Shown in pieces: positions 28,711 through 38,547 of a stretch of 64,000 nucleotides of DNA. The notes beneath the pieces are model-generated. The model was not told the DNA's origin. It saw only the letters and a program-made list of their open reading frames with translations, and searched no databases. The stretch covers positions 448,001-512,000 of the forward strand of contig JBGAHS010000007.1 of assembly GCA_044226015.1 (NCBI GenBank), given 5' to 3'. Each line of letters starts with the position of its first letter. Within the stretch, counting starts at the first letter, position 1. This DNA is from Candidatus Obscuribacteraceae bacterium. Its GTDB lineage: Bacteria > Cyanobacteriota > Vampirovibrionia > Obscuribacterales > Obscuribacteraceae. A program made the translations under genes and the position numbers.

Positions 28711-30804
28711 TTATTTTCCTTGAGGGTATTTTCCCAAGAGTTTTTGTACTTGCGTTGCATCAAGCTCCGGGTTTGCCTTGAGCATTTGCCCAATAGCGTG
28801 TGTTATTTCTGGCGTCCTGAATGACACGGGGCCATTTCCCGGTAGGAGGACGTCTGGCTTTGCTCCCAGAGTGGTTTGTGAGGGCGAGTAGCTCATATCT
28901 TTGATGCCGACAGAAACAACGTGCGGGAAAACGGCTGGTTCAGAAATCAGCTCAGGGTTGATGTGATTCTTGAAGGTCGCGTTTCCTTCCTGCACGAAAA
29001 AATCAAAACTAAGTGGTCTCGGGTCGGCGCCCGTGCGCTGCAACACGAAGCGTGTGTCTGGGTTGTCTATCCAGCTTCGGAATGTTACCTGTTGCCGGTT
29101 ATTCCAGAAATTTGGCTCAAGCTGCTTGCCATCGACTGCGTGAATAAGCCTTCGTCCTTCATACACACTAAGGCTCCAGTCCCTGGGCGCATTCTTACCC
29201 ATCCAAAGATTGAATGCTGCTTCACCATTTTGACTTATGCTTACTTCCCCACTCTTTCCTGCTTCAACTACTCCTGATGCATGGCGGGCTACTCCTGTGC
29301 CAGGACCTGTAGCTGCAACAAGAACATGACCTTGTTTGCCGGCTCCAACTGCATGGCTGAGTTGAAAACTCTCCCATCCTGTTCCATCCATGGCGTGCGT
29401 AAATTCACCGAAACTGCAGTTCCCGACTGAAGGAAGCTTGTGTTGTTTTGCCAGGGCAACAGCTTCAAGGTAAGCTTCAGTCCAACCTGGCTTTGCGATT
29501 TGTCCATTCTCAAAGCGTGTTTGAGCAAGATTATTAGCACCATCGTAGGCCTTGATCAGCATGAACTTCGCTTGCGGGTCTGCTTCTCTTAGTTTGGAGA
29601 GAACAATGCTTCCGTGGTTTAGCGGATCATTGAATACGCCCTCTCCGGTCGGATCCCACGTACCTAAAATGTTGTGTTTTGCAGGTAAAGACTCGGGAGA
29701 AAAGCCGCTGTCCACAACGATGTATACTACATCTCCCTTGCGATCCGCTGGCTCTGCTACATTCGCTTTCGCTGTAGGATTGTCGGCTCTGACTAAATTC
29801 ACCGGGGCACTGCGCTGGGCCAGTAGCCCTTTTGTTGGAATGTCTGGATTTACTGCATCTGCTGCTTCTGCTTCTGCTCTGCGAACTTCCATTGAAGTGA
29901 TTGGTTCTGGATGTGCTGTTCTTGCAGGAGTGCCGGTATCGCGTGCGGTGGCACCCATGTCCTGTTTGGGTTCAGTCTGTGTGGTAGCAGTATTATTCTG
30001 CTTTTGCTCGAGCCGCGCGGGAATTTTCTCTGCTGAGTTGCCTGCGGTCGTATTTTTTACTTCCTGCTGCGGATTACGCGCTTCTGCGTTCTTTGTTTGA
30101 GAAGCCGAGGGTAGGCGATCTTGAACCAACCCCATGCTGAAGTTAAGTGATGCGCCGGAAATTCCGCTTTGCATAAGCATGTCCGTTCGGGCGTGCTTAT
30201 GTTGCGAGATGAGGCTTGCAAGTTCAACTTGTGTGACACCACCTGCAAAACCAGTACCAAGCCTCAATACTGATCGTGTAGCAAAAGATTGTTTGAACTG
30301 TGGAAGCTTAGCCAGGCTATTTCCACTTTCGAAAACGGCAAAAGCCGCTACTGTTCCGACGGCATTGCCCAGCCTTGTCTCGCCCTCATTTGGACGTTTC
30401 AGAGCTGCGTAGGCGCCAGCCCCGCTCAGCATGGCTGTTTTCTCGCTATTTAGAATGGCTGCGCTTGTTCCTCTCAGTTCAAAGCGACTTGCAGTACCCT
30501 TGAGAGCACACCCTGCCAACTTCCCACTTATAAGGAAGGGCAGCATGCTTCCTGCGCCACTGGCGGCTGATTCAACAAACCAGTCTGTTGTATAGGGTTG
30601 AGCCTTCTTTGTTGCAAGGGCTTTGATTTCGCAGCGGTTGCTACGCCCAGAAGCATCAGATATCGCATTGCTGACCGTGTTGCAGGGCTCTATCAGCGCT
30701 GCATTCAATAGCGGGTGAATGACAGTGTCTTTGACCCAGTCATAGGCTGCAGGTGCAGCATTCTTGTTTGTTTCAATTAATTCAGAGCGTGAAAGTTCAG
30801 GCAA
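28711..30804 (-). CDS. Divergent subtilase (S8) with long N-terminal hydrophobic/low-complexity region
   Basis: VVDSG (Asp), NHGSIV (His), KPDV and GPVSFRTP (Ser). Confidence 0.65.
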   Translation of the reverse strand: MPELSRSELIETNKNAAPAAYDWVKDTVIHPLLNAALIEPCNTVSNAISDASGRSNRCEIKALATKKAQPYTTDWFVESAASGAGSMLPFLISGKLAGCALKGTASRFELRGTSAAILNSEKTAMLSGAGAYAALKRPNEGETRLGNAVGTVAAFAVFESGNSLAKLPQFKQSFATRSVLRLGTGFAGGVTQVELASLISQHKHARTDMLMQSGISGASLNFSMGLVQDRLPSASQTKNAEARNPQQEVKNTTAGNSAEKIPARLEQKQNNTATTQTEPKQDMGATARDTGTPARTAHPEPITSMEVRRAEAEAADAVNPDIPTKGLLAQRSAPVNLVRADNPTAKANVAEPADRKGDVVYIVVDSGFSPESLPAKHNILGTWDPTGEGVFNDPLNHGSIVLSKLREADPQAKFMLIKAYDGANNLAQTRFENGQIAKPGWTEAYLEAVALAKQHKLPSVGNCSFGEFTHAMDGTGWESFQLSHAVGAGKQGHVLVAATGPGTGVARHASGVVEAGKSGEVSISQNGEAAFNLWMGKNAPRDWSLSVYEGRRLIHAVDGKQLEPNFWNNRQQVTFRSWIDNPDTRFVLQRTGADPRPLSFDFFVQEGNATFKNHINPELISEPAVFPHVVSVGIKDMSYSPSQTTLGAKPDVLLPGNGPVSFRTPEITHAIGQMLKANPELDATQVQKLLGKYPQGK

Positions 30805-31105
30805 GGCGACCCAGAGCCTCTAATCAACAAATCCCTTTTTCAGAATACGAAGGGTGTCGAACTTGCAAAAGGGTGAAAGCACGCCTGCACAAGGTTTGCG
30901 AAGCTAGCGATCACTTTTAAGCATGTTAAATTGTGGATGAACACATTGTATCGAAAATGCTTGTACCGCCAAGGTTCCTAGGCTTTTTTGCATTTTGGAC
31001 TGTCTGCATGGGGAATTACACCATGGACCGAAGGACAGCTTACATCTATTTTATTTAAGCAGGGTTGGATTATTGCTTCTTTTATTTGTCCGAGGTTGTT
31101 TGCTG

Positions 31106-32269
31106 GTGAATCATCATGAAATTTTCTCTCCGCTACCGGCGGAGCATGCTCCTGCTGCGTCCGACGCGTTGCGTTCCGATTTTTTTCAGTCGGTAATTGA
31201 CAGAACACTCAAGTCTGGCGCTTCCGCTGCTCCGAGTGATGCAGCACCTATGGATGCACCATCTGCTCCAGGAGCTGTAGCCGCTCCGGTGGAGATGCCG
31301 GCTCCGGTACAAGCCGCTATCGAAAATGGCACACCAATTACATTCAGCAGCTCTGGGGAGAACCAGGCTGCAAACCGTCAACCTGATTATTTTATGACTC
31401 CTCAAGGGCAGCTTGTGAAAAATGAGCTGGCAACGCCGAGCCCCGATGGCAGCATCAATATTGAAATTCAAAGTCCGAAGCAAGACGACAATAAGAGCCT
31501 TCGAGATGCGATTACGCACCAAACTGATATGCAAAAGCAGGCGGCGAAGGAAATGATTCGCCTCTGGCAGAAGAACCATCCTGGGCAGGCGGTGCCGGGC
31601 TGGATGAACGACCTCGCGAATGCTAAACCCAATTTGCCAGATTTTGTTCCGACATCGACACAGAGTGCAAACCCGGCGCCAGCCCCAGAGAATGGTTTTG
31701 TAAATCGTGGTGTCTCAAATGGCATCGGTGGTTTTGCAAATAATGGTGGATTTGATGGAAATGGTATGTTCCGCGGCAACGGCAGCAACGGTGATGGTTC
31801 GCTGAACACTGGAGGAACTGACAGCCATGGCAAGCCGCTAGGTCCTGGTGAAACAGTTCAAGCAAAACAGATTTATGATTACATGACTCAGCAGCATGGT
31901 CTATCGCCTGCGGTTGCTTCGGGAATTTTGGGCAACATGATGACCGAGTCTAGTTTTAAGACAAACGCTTACAACGCTGGTGAAGGTGCTATCGGACTCT
32001 GCCAATGGGAAGGCGGGCGCCGCACTCAGCTAGAGCGCTTCGCAGCATCGGAAGGTAAGCCAGTAACCGACTGGCATGTACAGGTTGACTTCATGATGAA
32101 GGAATTGAAGGGCAGCGAATCTGGTGCGTTTGCTAAATTGCAATCAGCTCAAACGCCGAGAGAGGCAGCGGCTATTTTCGACAAATACTATGAGCGCAGT
32201 TCAGGAGCCGCTCGTGGAGAACGTATGGCCAATGCTGATAACATTTATCAAAAGGTTGCTCAAGCTTAG
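31106..32269 (+). CDS. Protein with C-terminal phage-tail-type lysozyme domain
   Basis: ASGILGNMMTES…GAIGLCQW.GGRR…QVDFMMKEL…F.KYYER; start estimated at GTG 31106. Confidence 0.8.
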   Translation: MNHHEIFSPLPAEHAPAASDALRSDFFQSVIDRTLKSGASAAPSDAAPMDAPSAPGAVAAPVEMPAPVQAAIENGTPITFSSSGENQAANRQPDYFMTPQGQLVKNELATPSPDGSINIEIQSPKQDDNKSLRDAITHQTDMQKQAAKEMIRLWQKNHPGQAVPGWMNDLANAKPNLPDFVPTSTQSANPAPAPENGFVNRGVSNGIGGFANNGGFDGNGMFRGNGSNGDGSLNTGGTDSHGKPLGPGETVQAKQIYDYMTQQHGLSPAVASGILGNMMTESSFKTNAYNAGEGAIGLCQWEGGRRTQLERFAASEGKPVTDWHVQVDFMMKELKGSESGAFAKLQSAQTPREAAAIFDKYYERSSGAARGERMANADNIYQKVAQA

Positions 32270-32280
32270 TAGCTGATTGG

Positions 32281-32533
32281 CAAGAGTGTTGTGCGGATTC
32301 GCCCGTGTGCTGAAGCGGAGCGAGATCACTGCGCAGATCAGTGAATTGCGTTTGTGCGCTGAAGTAGTGCAAGATTATAGTGCGGATCCGTAATGTGTAT
32401 GTGCGCTGAAGCATGCAAGACTGTAGTGCGGATCCGTAATGTGCATGTGCGCTGAAGATGTGCAAGATTGTTGTGCGGATCCGTAATGTGCATGAGCGCT
32501 TAAGATGAGCGAGATTGTTGTGCGAATCCCTAA
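32281..32533. repeat. Degenerate 46-47-bp tandem repeat between convergent genes
   Basis: GTGCGGATCCGTAATGTG at 32380, 32426 and 32473, with variants at 32291 and 32520. Confidence 0.85.
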
Positions 32534-32559
32534 TTTGCTGTAATTTGCATGTGAGCTAT

Positions 32560-33513
32560 TCAGTAACCACGCTGAAGGTCGACCAATCCCCGTAGTGCTT
32601 GCCCGTTTTTATATCGGCTGAGATTTTCCATGAAACATGCAGTAATCTCTTCTGGAATGCTTGGACCTCCAATGTGAGGTGTCACAATACAGTTCTCCAG
32701 AGACCAGAAGGGATGCTCTGGCGGAAGGGGCTCGACTGCAAAAACGTCAAGTATTGCGCCTGCTATTTTTTTTGATTTCAGGCAATTTACCAGAGACTCG
32801 TCGTCAATGAGAGCGCCTCTTCCAACATTTATTATCCAGGAATCTGGTCTTAGCTTTTGCAGGACCCGTTCATTGAACATTCCTCTAGTTTCACTCGTTA
32901 GCGGAAGTGTCAGCACCAAGACGTCGGTTCCCGACACGAATTCGTCCAGTTGTTTTGTCGAAAAGGTTTGGTCTGCGGTTGCATTTGGCGTACCGCTTCG
33001 ATTCAGTCCCCAGACTTGCATATCGAATGCTCTTGCTACTCGTGCTAGTTCGCTTCCGATGTCCCCGATGCCAGCAATGCCTATCGTTTTTTTCGATATT
33101 TTTTCTATCTGATAAGGTTTCCAATGCTTCTGCTGTTGCTGTTCTTTGCCGGTAAATGCTTTTATTTTGTGCGCTAGAAGATTGCCGAAAACGTAGTGCG
33201 ACAGAAACGAGCCAAACACTCCCCAGGGCTTAGTAATTTTTGGAGTCTGCAAAAATTCAGCGTTCACCAAACCTTCTACACCTGCCCACATAGATTGAAT
33301 CCATTTGAGTTTGCGCGCATTTTTGTATGCGCCAGGTGGTAGATGAACACCGAATATGATGTCAGCTTCCGCAATGCTATTCTCGACTTCTTCGGTTGTT
33401 TGGCAGACGATGAGATGCTCGTCTAGTCCAGATTTTTCCAGAGCCATCGCGTAGGCTTCCGCCTCTGAAGTCCGGTTTGAGTAAAGCAATATTGTTTGTT
33501 TCGACATCTGCAT
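32560..33513 (-). CDS. D-2-hydroxyacid dehydrogenase
   Basis: GIGDIG, LPLTSET, NVGRG, LDVFAVEPLP and TPHIGG. Confidence 0.9.
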   Translation of the reverse strand: MQMSKQTILLYSNRTSEAEAYAMALEKSGLDEHLIVCQTTEEVENSIAEADIIFGVHLPPGAYKNARKLKWIQSMWAGVEGLVNAEFLQTPKITKPWGVFGSFLSHYVFGNLLAHKIKAFTGKEQQQQKHWKPYQIEKISKKTIGIAGIGDIGSELARVARAFDMQVWGLNRSGTPNATADQTFSTKQLDEFVSGTDVLVLTLPLTSETRGMFNERVLQKLRPDSWIINVGRGALIDDESLVNCLKSKKIAGAILDVFAVEPLPPEHPFWSLENCIVTPHIGGPSIPEEITACFMENLSRYKNGQALRGLVDLQRGY

Positions 33514-33618
33514 AGTCCGACTCTGAAGAGCAGATTTTACAAAATCAGGAGAGCCGATTCAATCTTGAAATGCCAGGCATTTCAGTGGATGATGTGGAAG
33601 TAAGTCAGGGGAGGAGAA

Positions 33619-33879
33619 ATGACGGAACCTAAATCATGGCGTAGTTGTCCATTTGTGAAAGGTCGTTTATATCGTGTTGTCAATTCCTTCTCGGCGTTGC
33701 GCAGTGAGTTTGCTGAAGGGCAACTGCTCACTTTTGAACGCGAGACGTACAGCATTTATGACAGCTGTACGGGGTATTTTTTCATTTGCAAAGCGAGTGG
33801 AGAATTGTGTTCCCTCGACATTTATGATGATGACGAGACAGGGAAGGCTTTTGGAAATTTTGAGCCGATAGCAGAGTAA
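33619..33879 (+). CDS. Small hypothetical protein (possibly DUF3601-like)
   Basis: Strong GGAGGAG SD; GRLYRVVNSF…YDSCTGYFF pattern. Confidence 0.55.
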   Translation: MTEPKSWRSCPFVKGRLYRVVNSFSALRSEFAEGQLLTFERETYSIYDSCTGYFFICKASGELCSLDIYDDDETGKAFGNFEPIAE

Positions 33880-33891
33880 GGAATTCGTCTC

Positions 33892-35139
33892 GTGAGCCCT
33901 GATTTAAATGAAGATGCTAACTCGCCATCGGTAGATTCTACTTTAGTAGGAAAACAAAATGGAGCACCATCTTTGGTGTCATTGATTCCCCTTTTCCTTA
34001 CTCTGGGGTGTACGGCTTTTGGCGGACCAGCTGCGCACATTACAATGATGCGTAAAGAATTCGTCGAGAGAAGAAAGGTACTTGGTGAGGATGAGTTCTT
34101 AGACCTTATCAGCGCTTGCAATCTGATTCCCGGACCAAATTCGACTGAGCTTGCCATCCATCTCGGATATAGATTCGGTGGATACAGGGGGCTCTTTATT
34201 TCAGGCTTATGTTTCATTTTACCAGCTTTTTTCATGGTACTCCTGCTTGCATACATGTATGTCGGGGCTGCATTTCTTCCTGAAGTGAAAGTGATTTTTG
34301 ACGGTGTCAAACCGGTTGTTGTTGCTCTTGTGCTAGATGCTCTGCTGGGTTTATCCAGGACGGTCATGAAGACAAAATTGCAGATTTTTTGTGTTGCTTT
34401 GGCAATTTTGCTTTGCTATTTTGTACGGAACGAACTCTTTGTGCTTTTACTTGCTGGCGCCGTGTCTTTGCTATATGCCTGGAGTGATAAGCATAATTTG
34501 CTACGCCAACAAACGAAATTGACATGCATAACGATATTCGTTTTGAGCTTACTGATGCTGGTTAGCTTTATAAATCCGTTGACGGGAAGTGCCAGCAGTA
34601 TGAATGTTGCACCTTCTTCCATCTTCTTCTATTTTCTGAAATTGGGATCTGTTCTTTATGGTAGTGGCTATGTGTTGTTGGCTTTTCTGCAAGCCGATCT
34701 TGTCCAGAATCTGCATTGGATAAGCTCGCAACAACTTTTTGATGCAATCAGCATAGGGCAGATAACACCTGGTCCGGTGTTTACCACTGCAACATTTATC
34801 GGCTTTCTATTGGGCGGTGTTTCGGGCGCTGTTCTTGCAACCGTGGGGATTTTTGCACCAGCCTTTATTTTCGTGGCAATCACTGCACCTATCTTTCGGC
34901 AGTTGAGAGAAAACGAAGTGTTCGCGACTCTATTGAAAGGCGTTAACCTGGCTTCTTTAGCGCTTATGTTTTTTGTTTTGATTCAATTGTTTTTGGTGGC
35001 TGCTAGCACTGCATATGGTGTAGTAGTGTTTGCCGCTTCTTTTATTCTTTTGCGCTGGGCTAAGGTAAATGTGACCATTTTGATGCTGGCTTCTGCTATC
35101 TTAAGTGTCATATTAAAGCAGTTCTTTTATTCAATATGA
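33892..35139 (+). CDS. chrA: Chromate efflux transporter
   Basis: FGGPAAHI, PGPNSTELAIH, LYGSGYVL and GQITPGP. Confidence 0.93.
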   Translation: MSPDLNEDANSPSVDSTLVGKQNGAPSLVSLIPLFLTLGCTAFGGPAAHITMMRKEFVERRKVLGEDEFLDLISACNLIPGPNSTELAIHLGYRFGGYRGLFISGLCFILPAFFMVLLLAYMYVGAAFLPEVKVIFDGVKPVVVALVLDALLGLSRTVMKTKLQIFCVALAILLCYFVRNELFVLLLAGAVSLLYAWSDKHNLLRQQTKLTCITIFVLSLLMLVSFINPLTGSASSMNVAPSSIFFYFLKLGSVLYGSGYVLLAFLQADLVQNLHWISSQQLFDAISIGQITPGPVFTTATFIGFLLGGVSGAVLATVGIFAPAFIFVAITAPIFRQLRENEVFATLLKGVNLASLALMFFVLIQLFLVAASTAYGVVVFAASFILLRWAKVNVTILMLASAILSVILKQFFYSI

Positions 35140-36317
35140 TTCTCGCGTTCTTTATTCTTTAATTGTAGGAGTGCCCCCAGTGCGAGCTTTATCTCCTCAT
35201 CCAGCGGGAATAATTGTGACACAAGCGCCATTTCTACTATTGCTTCATCGAGGCGCTGTGTTTTGGCAAGTTGTAGTGCCAGGGCTCGTTGAATTCTGAT
35301 GTTTTTTGGTCGAAGCATCCTTGAGATTTTGTATTCATTGGCGGCTCTGTCATGGTCTCCAATTTTTATATATAGAACTGCCAGCGCGTTGTGTACATCG
35401 ACATCGTTAGGTGCAAGCAACGCTGCCCTCTGGCAAAATCGAATTGCTTCATCAGTTTTGTCCTGATTAGAAAGCACCCATGCCATTACCATGGTGGCAT
35501 CAGAATAGTTGGGATCTAACTCCAGTGCTCTGGCGATTTCTGCTTTTGCTTCGGTCCACCTTTTTAGAGTGCCGAGAGATTGTCCATATCTAAAATGGAC
35601 GTAAGGGTCATCAGGCGCCGCAGCCACTGCGGCTTCGTATTCTTGAACGGCTAACTCAGCTTTTTCTTGCTGCAAATATGTGTTGGCCAGAACTGTGTGT
35701 GCTAGAGGATATGTCGGGTGCGCCTTTAGAATTTCGCTGCATTCAGCACTTGCTCTCCAGAGATTTCCCTGCATTCTGTAGCATTCCGCAGTGAAGACTT
35801 GGGCTGCAGTAGAATCTGGGCTCAATTTGAAACAGGTCTGATATTGGTTGATGGCATCCTCATAATGTCCGCTCAGCCGATATGCTTGCCCAAGCATGAA
35901 ATGTGCTTCTGAGAAATTAGGGTCCACATTAATGGCTTCATTTAGCTGTGTTATGGCTGAATTGAAGTCAGATAGTGCCACCATTGCTGCGCCCAGTAGA
36001 TAGTAGGAACTCGCGACTTTCGGCTCTTCCTTGCGGCACTCAGATGCTTCCAGGTAAGCGTTGGTAAAATCTCTGTTTTGCAAGTAAATAAAGTAATTCT
36101 CTATTCGCCGAGCCAGTTCGCTTTTTGCGTCAATGCTTTGGGATATTGGTTTTGGTATGAGCGCAACAAGAGTGTAAGAGCTGCTTGGTTTTGATTTGCG
36201 CATCGGCGTTAGTACATGAGCTCTAACAGTGTATGAGCTGTACTGGCAAGTTGCACATACTACCTGGAGAGACAAGCAAAGAATGACCGCGAAGATTAGA
36301 TTAGTTGATTGAGGCAT
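35127..36317 (-). CDS. TPR-repeat protein with N-terminal signal/TM
   Basis: Multiple 34-aa TPR units (e.g. AHFMLGQAYRLSGHYEDAINQY). Confidence 0.85.
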   Translation of the reverse strand: MPQSTNLIFAVILCLSLQVVCATCQYSSYTVRAHVLTPMRKSKPSSSYTLVALIPKPISQSIDAKSELARRIENYFIYLQNRDFTNAYLEASECRKEEPKVASSYYLLGAAMVALSDFNSAITQLNEAINVDPNFSEAHFMLGQAYRLSGHYEDAINQYQTCFKLSPDSTAAQVFTAECYRMQGNLWRASAECSEILKAHPTYPLAHTVLANTYLQQEKAELAVQEYEAAVAAAPDDPYVHFRYGQSLGTLKRWTEAKAEIARALELDPNYSDATMVMAWVLSNQDKTDEAIRFCQRAALLAPNDVDVHNALAVLYIKIGDHDRAANEYKISRMLRPKNIRIQRALALQLAKTQRLDEAIVEMALVSQLFPLDEEIKLALGALLQLKNKERENHIE

Positions 36318-36418
36318 GCCAGGCGCTTTGTGAATTCAAGACTGATTATACAACGATTTAAACTTGCCACAGCTTTACTGTATAATCGTGATGGCTAGGC
36401 TTTCGGGTTATTCGCAAA

Positions 36419-37876
36419 GTGAGATTTACTCCCAGCGCTCTGCTTTTTCGGGCTTATCTAATGCTTTGCGTTCTCAATTTTGTGTTTTCCTGGCTATACG
36501 GATTGTTTTCTCTGTGCTCGCCTGACATTAAGTACTTTCAGAAGGATGTGGCGGCGCAACTAAGCTCTATTGAGCGCCGGCTGGCAGAGGGCGGAGCCAA
36601 CTGGCAAGGACAATTTCAGCCAGAAGGTAAAATTTTTTCCTATGGCTTTTACGGTTTGAGCTTGATTAATATTGCTGTTGAGAGGAGGGCTGACTCTCAA
36701 GCTATTGCCACTACCCTGGCAAAGTTGGAGCTGCTGATTCCTCAACTTGAGACATGTGAAAGCGAATATCCTTTCACTTCTTGTTCCAAGCTGAGCCCTA
36801 AGGGTGGTGTCATAGCTGCTGGAATTACTAATTTGGTACGAGCCGGTTATGTTTTTCTTGGCGGGAAAAATCAAAGGGTCATTGAGTCGTTTCACGGACG
36901 CTCAGCCGCTCTGGCGGCTGCGTTCTCGGAATCGAAATTACCATTCCTTGAGAGCTTTCCCGGGCTGCGCTGGCCGGTGGACAACTGCTGTGCCATCGAA
37001 TCGCTTCGGTATCATGATAATCTGTTTTCCTCTGACTATGCCAGGTTGCCTTCGCAACGTTGGGAACAATGGCTAAGAGCAAATGCCGACACTAGCACCG
37101 GAATGATGATTGCTCAAGTCAGTGCAGATGGGCATACCATTGATGTTCCCAGAGGTTGTGCGCTTTCGTGGACGCTTTCGTTTAGTCCTGGATTTGCTCC
37201 TGAGTATGATAAAGAGCAGTACTCTCGATTTCAAAAATATTGGTTTTTGCCCGTGATGGGTACCCTCGGCATAAGAGAGTGGTCAGAGGGGCAAGAGAAA
37301 TTTTCGAAAATACAGGAGGGGCCAGTCTTGTTCGGAGTTGGCGCTGCAGCAAGCGGACTCGGCATAGCTGCGACCCATGCGCATTCTGATGGACAAGCAT
37401 TTGTCTGTCTCTTGCGTGGATTAGAATCGATTGGCTTTCCCAGCATAAATTTGCAAGGAGAGAAATCCTATTTTGGTCAGCTCTTCTTGCTCGGTGACAT
37501 TCTTGCATTGTGGGGAAAGACCTGTATTGTTTGGGACCGTGCTCAAGATAGTGCTTCCTTCTGGCATGATGCGTCGAGCCTGCCAGATTTTTCAAAGCCT
37601 CTCATTCTCGCTGTATTAATAAGTGTTGTTCTGACTATGTCATGTTTTGCCTATTTCTTTGGGGGCATTCGTCTGTTTCGTTCGAGATTTCAGAGTTTAG
37701 AAAGGCGCGATTGGAAGCTTGCATCAGTTGCATTGCTCGCCATTCTTTCAAACCTTTGCTTTCCTGGCTTCCTTTGGATATGGACTGTCCTGGTCTTGGT
37801 GTGCATTCTGTGGGTGGAAAAGTGGAACGCCACCATCAGGAAATTCTCTTCTTCAAGTTCAGCAGAGCGCACATGA
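36419..37876 (+). CDS. Membrane-anchored hypothetical protein, possibly (alpha/alpha)6 linalool dehydratase-like fold
   Basis: LESFPG..WPVDN, PRGC, IREW and GPV..G.G.AAS motifs; N- and C-terminal TMs. Confidence 0.55.
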   Translation: MRFTPSALLFRAYLMLCVLNFVFSWLYGLFSLCSPDIKYFQKDVAAQLSSIERRLAEGGANWQGQFQPEGKIFSYGFYGLSLINIAVERRADSQAIATTLAKLELLIPQLETCESEYPFTSCSKLSPKGGVIAAGITNLVRAGYVFLGGKNQRVIESFHGRSAALAAAFSESKLPFLESFPGLRWPVDNCCAIESLRYHDNLFSSDYARLPSQRWEQWLRANADTSTGMMIAQVSADGHTIDVPRGCALSWTLSFSPGFAPEYDKEQYSRFQKYWFLPVMGTLGIREWSEGQEKFSKIQEGPVLFGVGAAASGLGIAATHAHSDGQAFVCLLRGLESIGFPSINLQGEKSYFGQLFLLGDILALWGKTCIVWDRAQDSASFWHDASSLPDFSKPLILAVLISVVLTMSCFAYFFGGIRLFRSRFQSLERRDWKLASVALLAILSNLCFPGFLWIWTVLVLVCILWVEKWNATIRKFSSSSSAERT

Positions 37877-37877
37877 G

Positions 37878-38357
37878 CTACTCTGTTTTTGCAATCGCGT
37901 CTTTTGTTGCTATTTCAGGACCATTTGGTTTTACTCTGCAAACAACGTGAGCTAGCCCCGTTATACCCAACCTTTTAGCTGCTGCTTTCGAAAGGTCGAT
38001 TATGCGTTTTCCATGAAAGGGTCCTCTGTCCGTTACTCGCACATTGACGGTGGCTCCTGTATCAGGATTTGTGACTAACAGATGGGTGCCGAAAGGTAGT
38101 GTTCTATGAGCACAGGTGTACTGGTTCGGATCATAAAGGCTTCCCGAAGCAGTGCGGCGTCCTTTGAATCGATCCGCATAAAATGAGGCGATTCCTTTAA
38201 TTGGTGCTCTAAGGGTCTTTGTCAACGTATGTTTGACTTTGTTGGGCATTGATTCTTCGTTTGCAAGGGCATCGCCTGTGGTGCAACATATCAATGCCAA
38301 TGAAAATAATAAGGGGATTGCTTTTTTCATTGTTACTGTGCCCATGTAAGATTCCAT
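37878..38357 (-). CDS. rlpA: RlpA-family lytic transglycosylase
   Basis: GIASFY, TASG, AHRTLPFGT, VTDRGPF and IIDLSKAAA. Confidence 0.9.
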   Translation of the reverse strand: MESYMGTVTMKKAIPLLFSLALICCTTGDALANEESMPNKVKHTLTKTLRAPIKGIASFYADRFKGRRTASGSLYDPNQYTCAHRTLPFGTHLLVTNPDTGATVNVRVTDRGPFHGKRIIDLSKAAAKRLGITGLAHVVCRVKPNGPEIATKDAIAKTE

Positions 38358-38547
38358 CTGAGAGGACGGGCTGAGTCGATGTCAGTTCCCACATATAGCG
38401 CAGCTGAAATCCCCGATATTGCAGACCAAAGCAAGCCTCTCTCAGAAGCGAAAATGCGCCATTACCGTGCCGGGTCGAGGCTAATCGCTGAGTTGAGTCT
38501 GCGATATCGCAGCTCAATAACATTCGCGAGGCGTATTTCTAGATGGT

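Noticed and set aside
30995..32269. Prophage
   Set aside because: The lysozyme domain is isolated, with no structural, terminase or integrase genes.
32281..32533. CRISPR array
   Set aside because: Units are contiguous and similar throughout, with no unique spacers and no cas genes.
38358..38547. c-di-AMP/c-di-GMP riboswitch upstream of rlpA
   Set aside because: No consensus on the coding (minus) strand; the GCTGAA-like segment is on the wrong strand.
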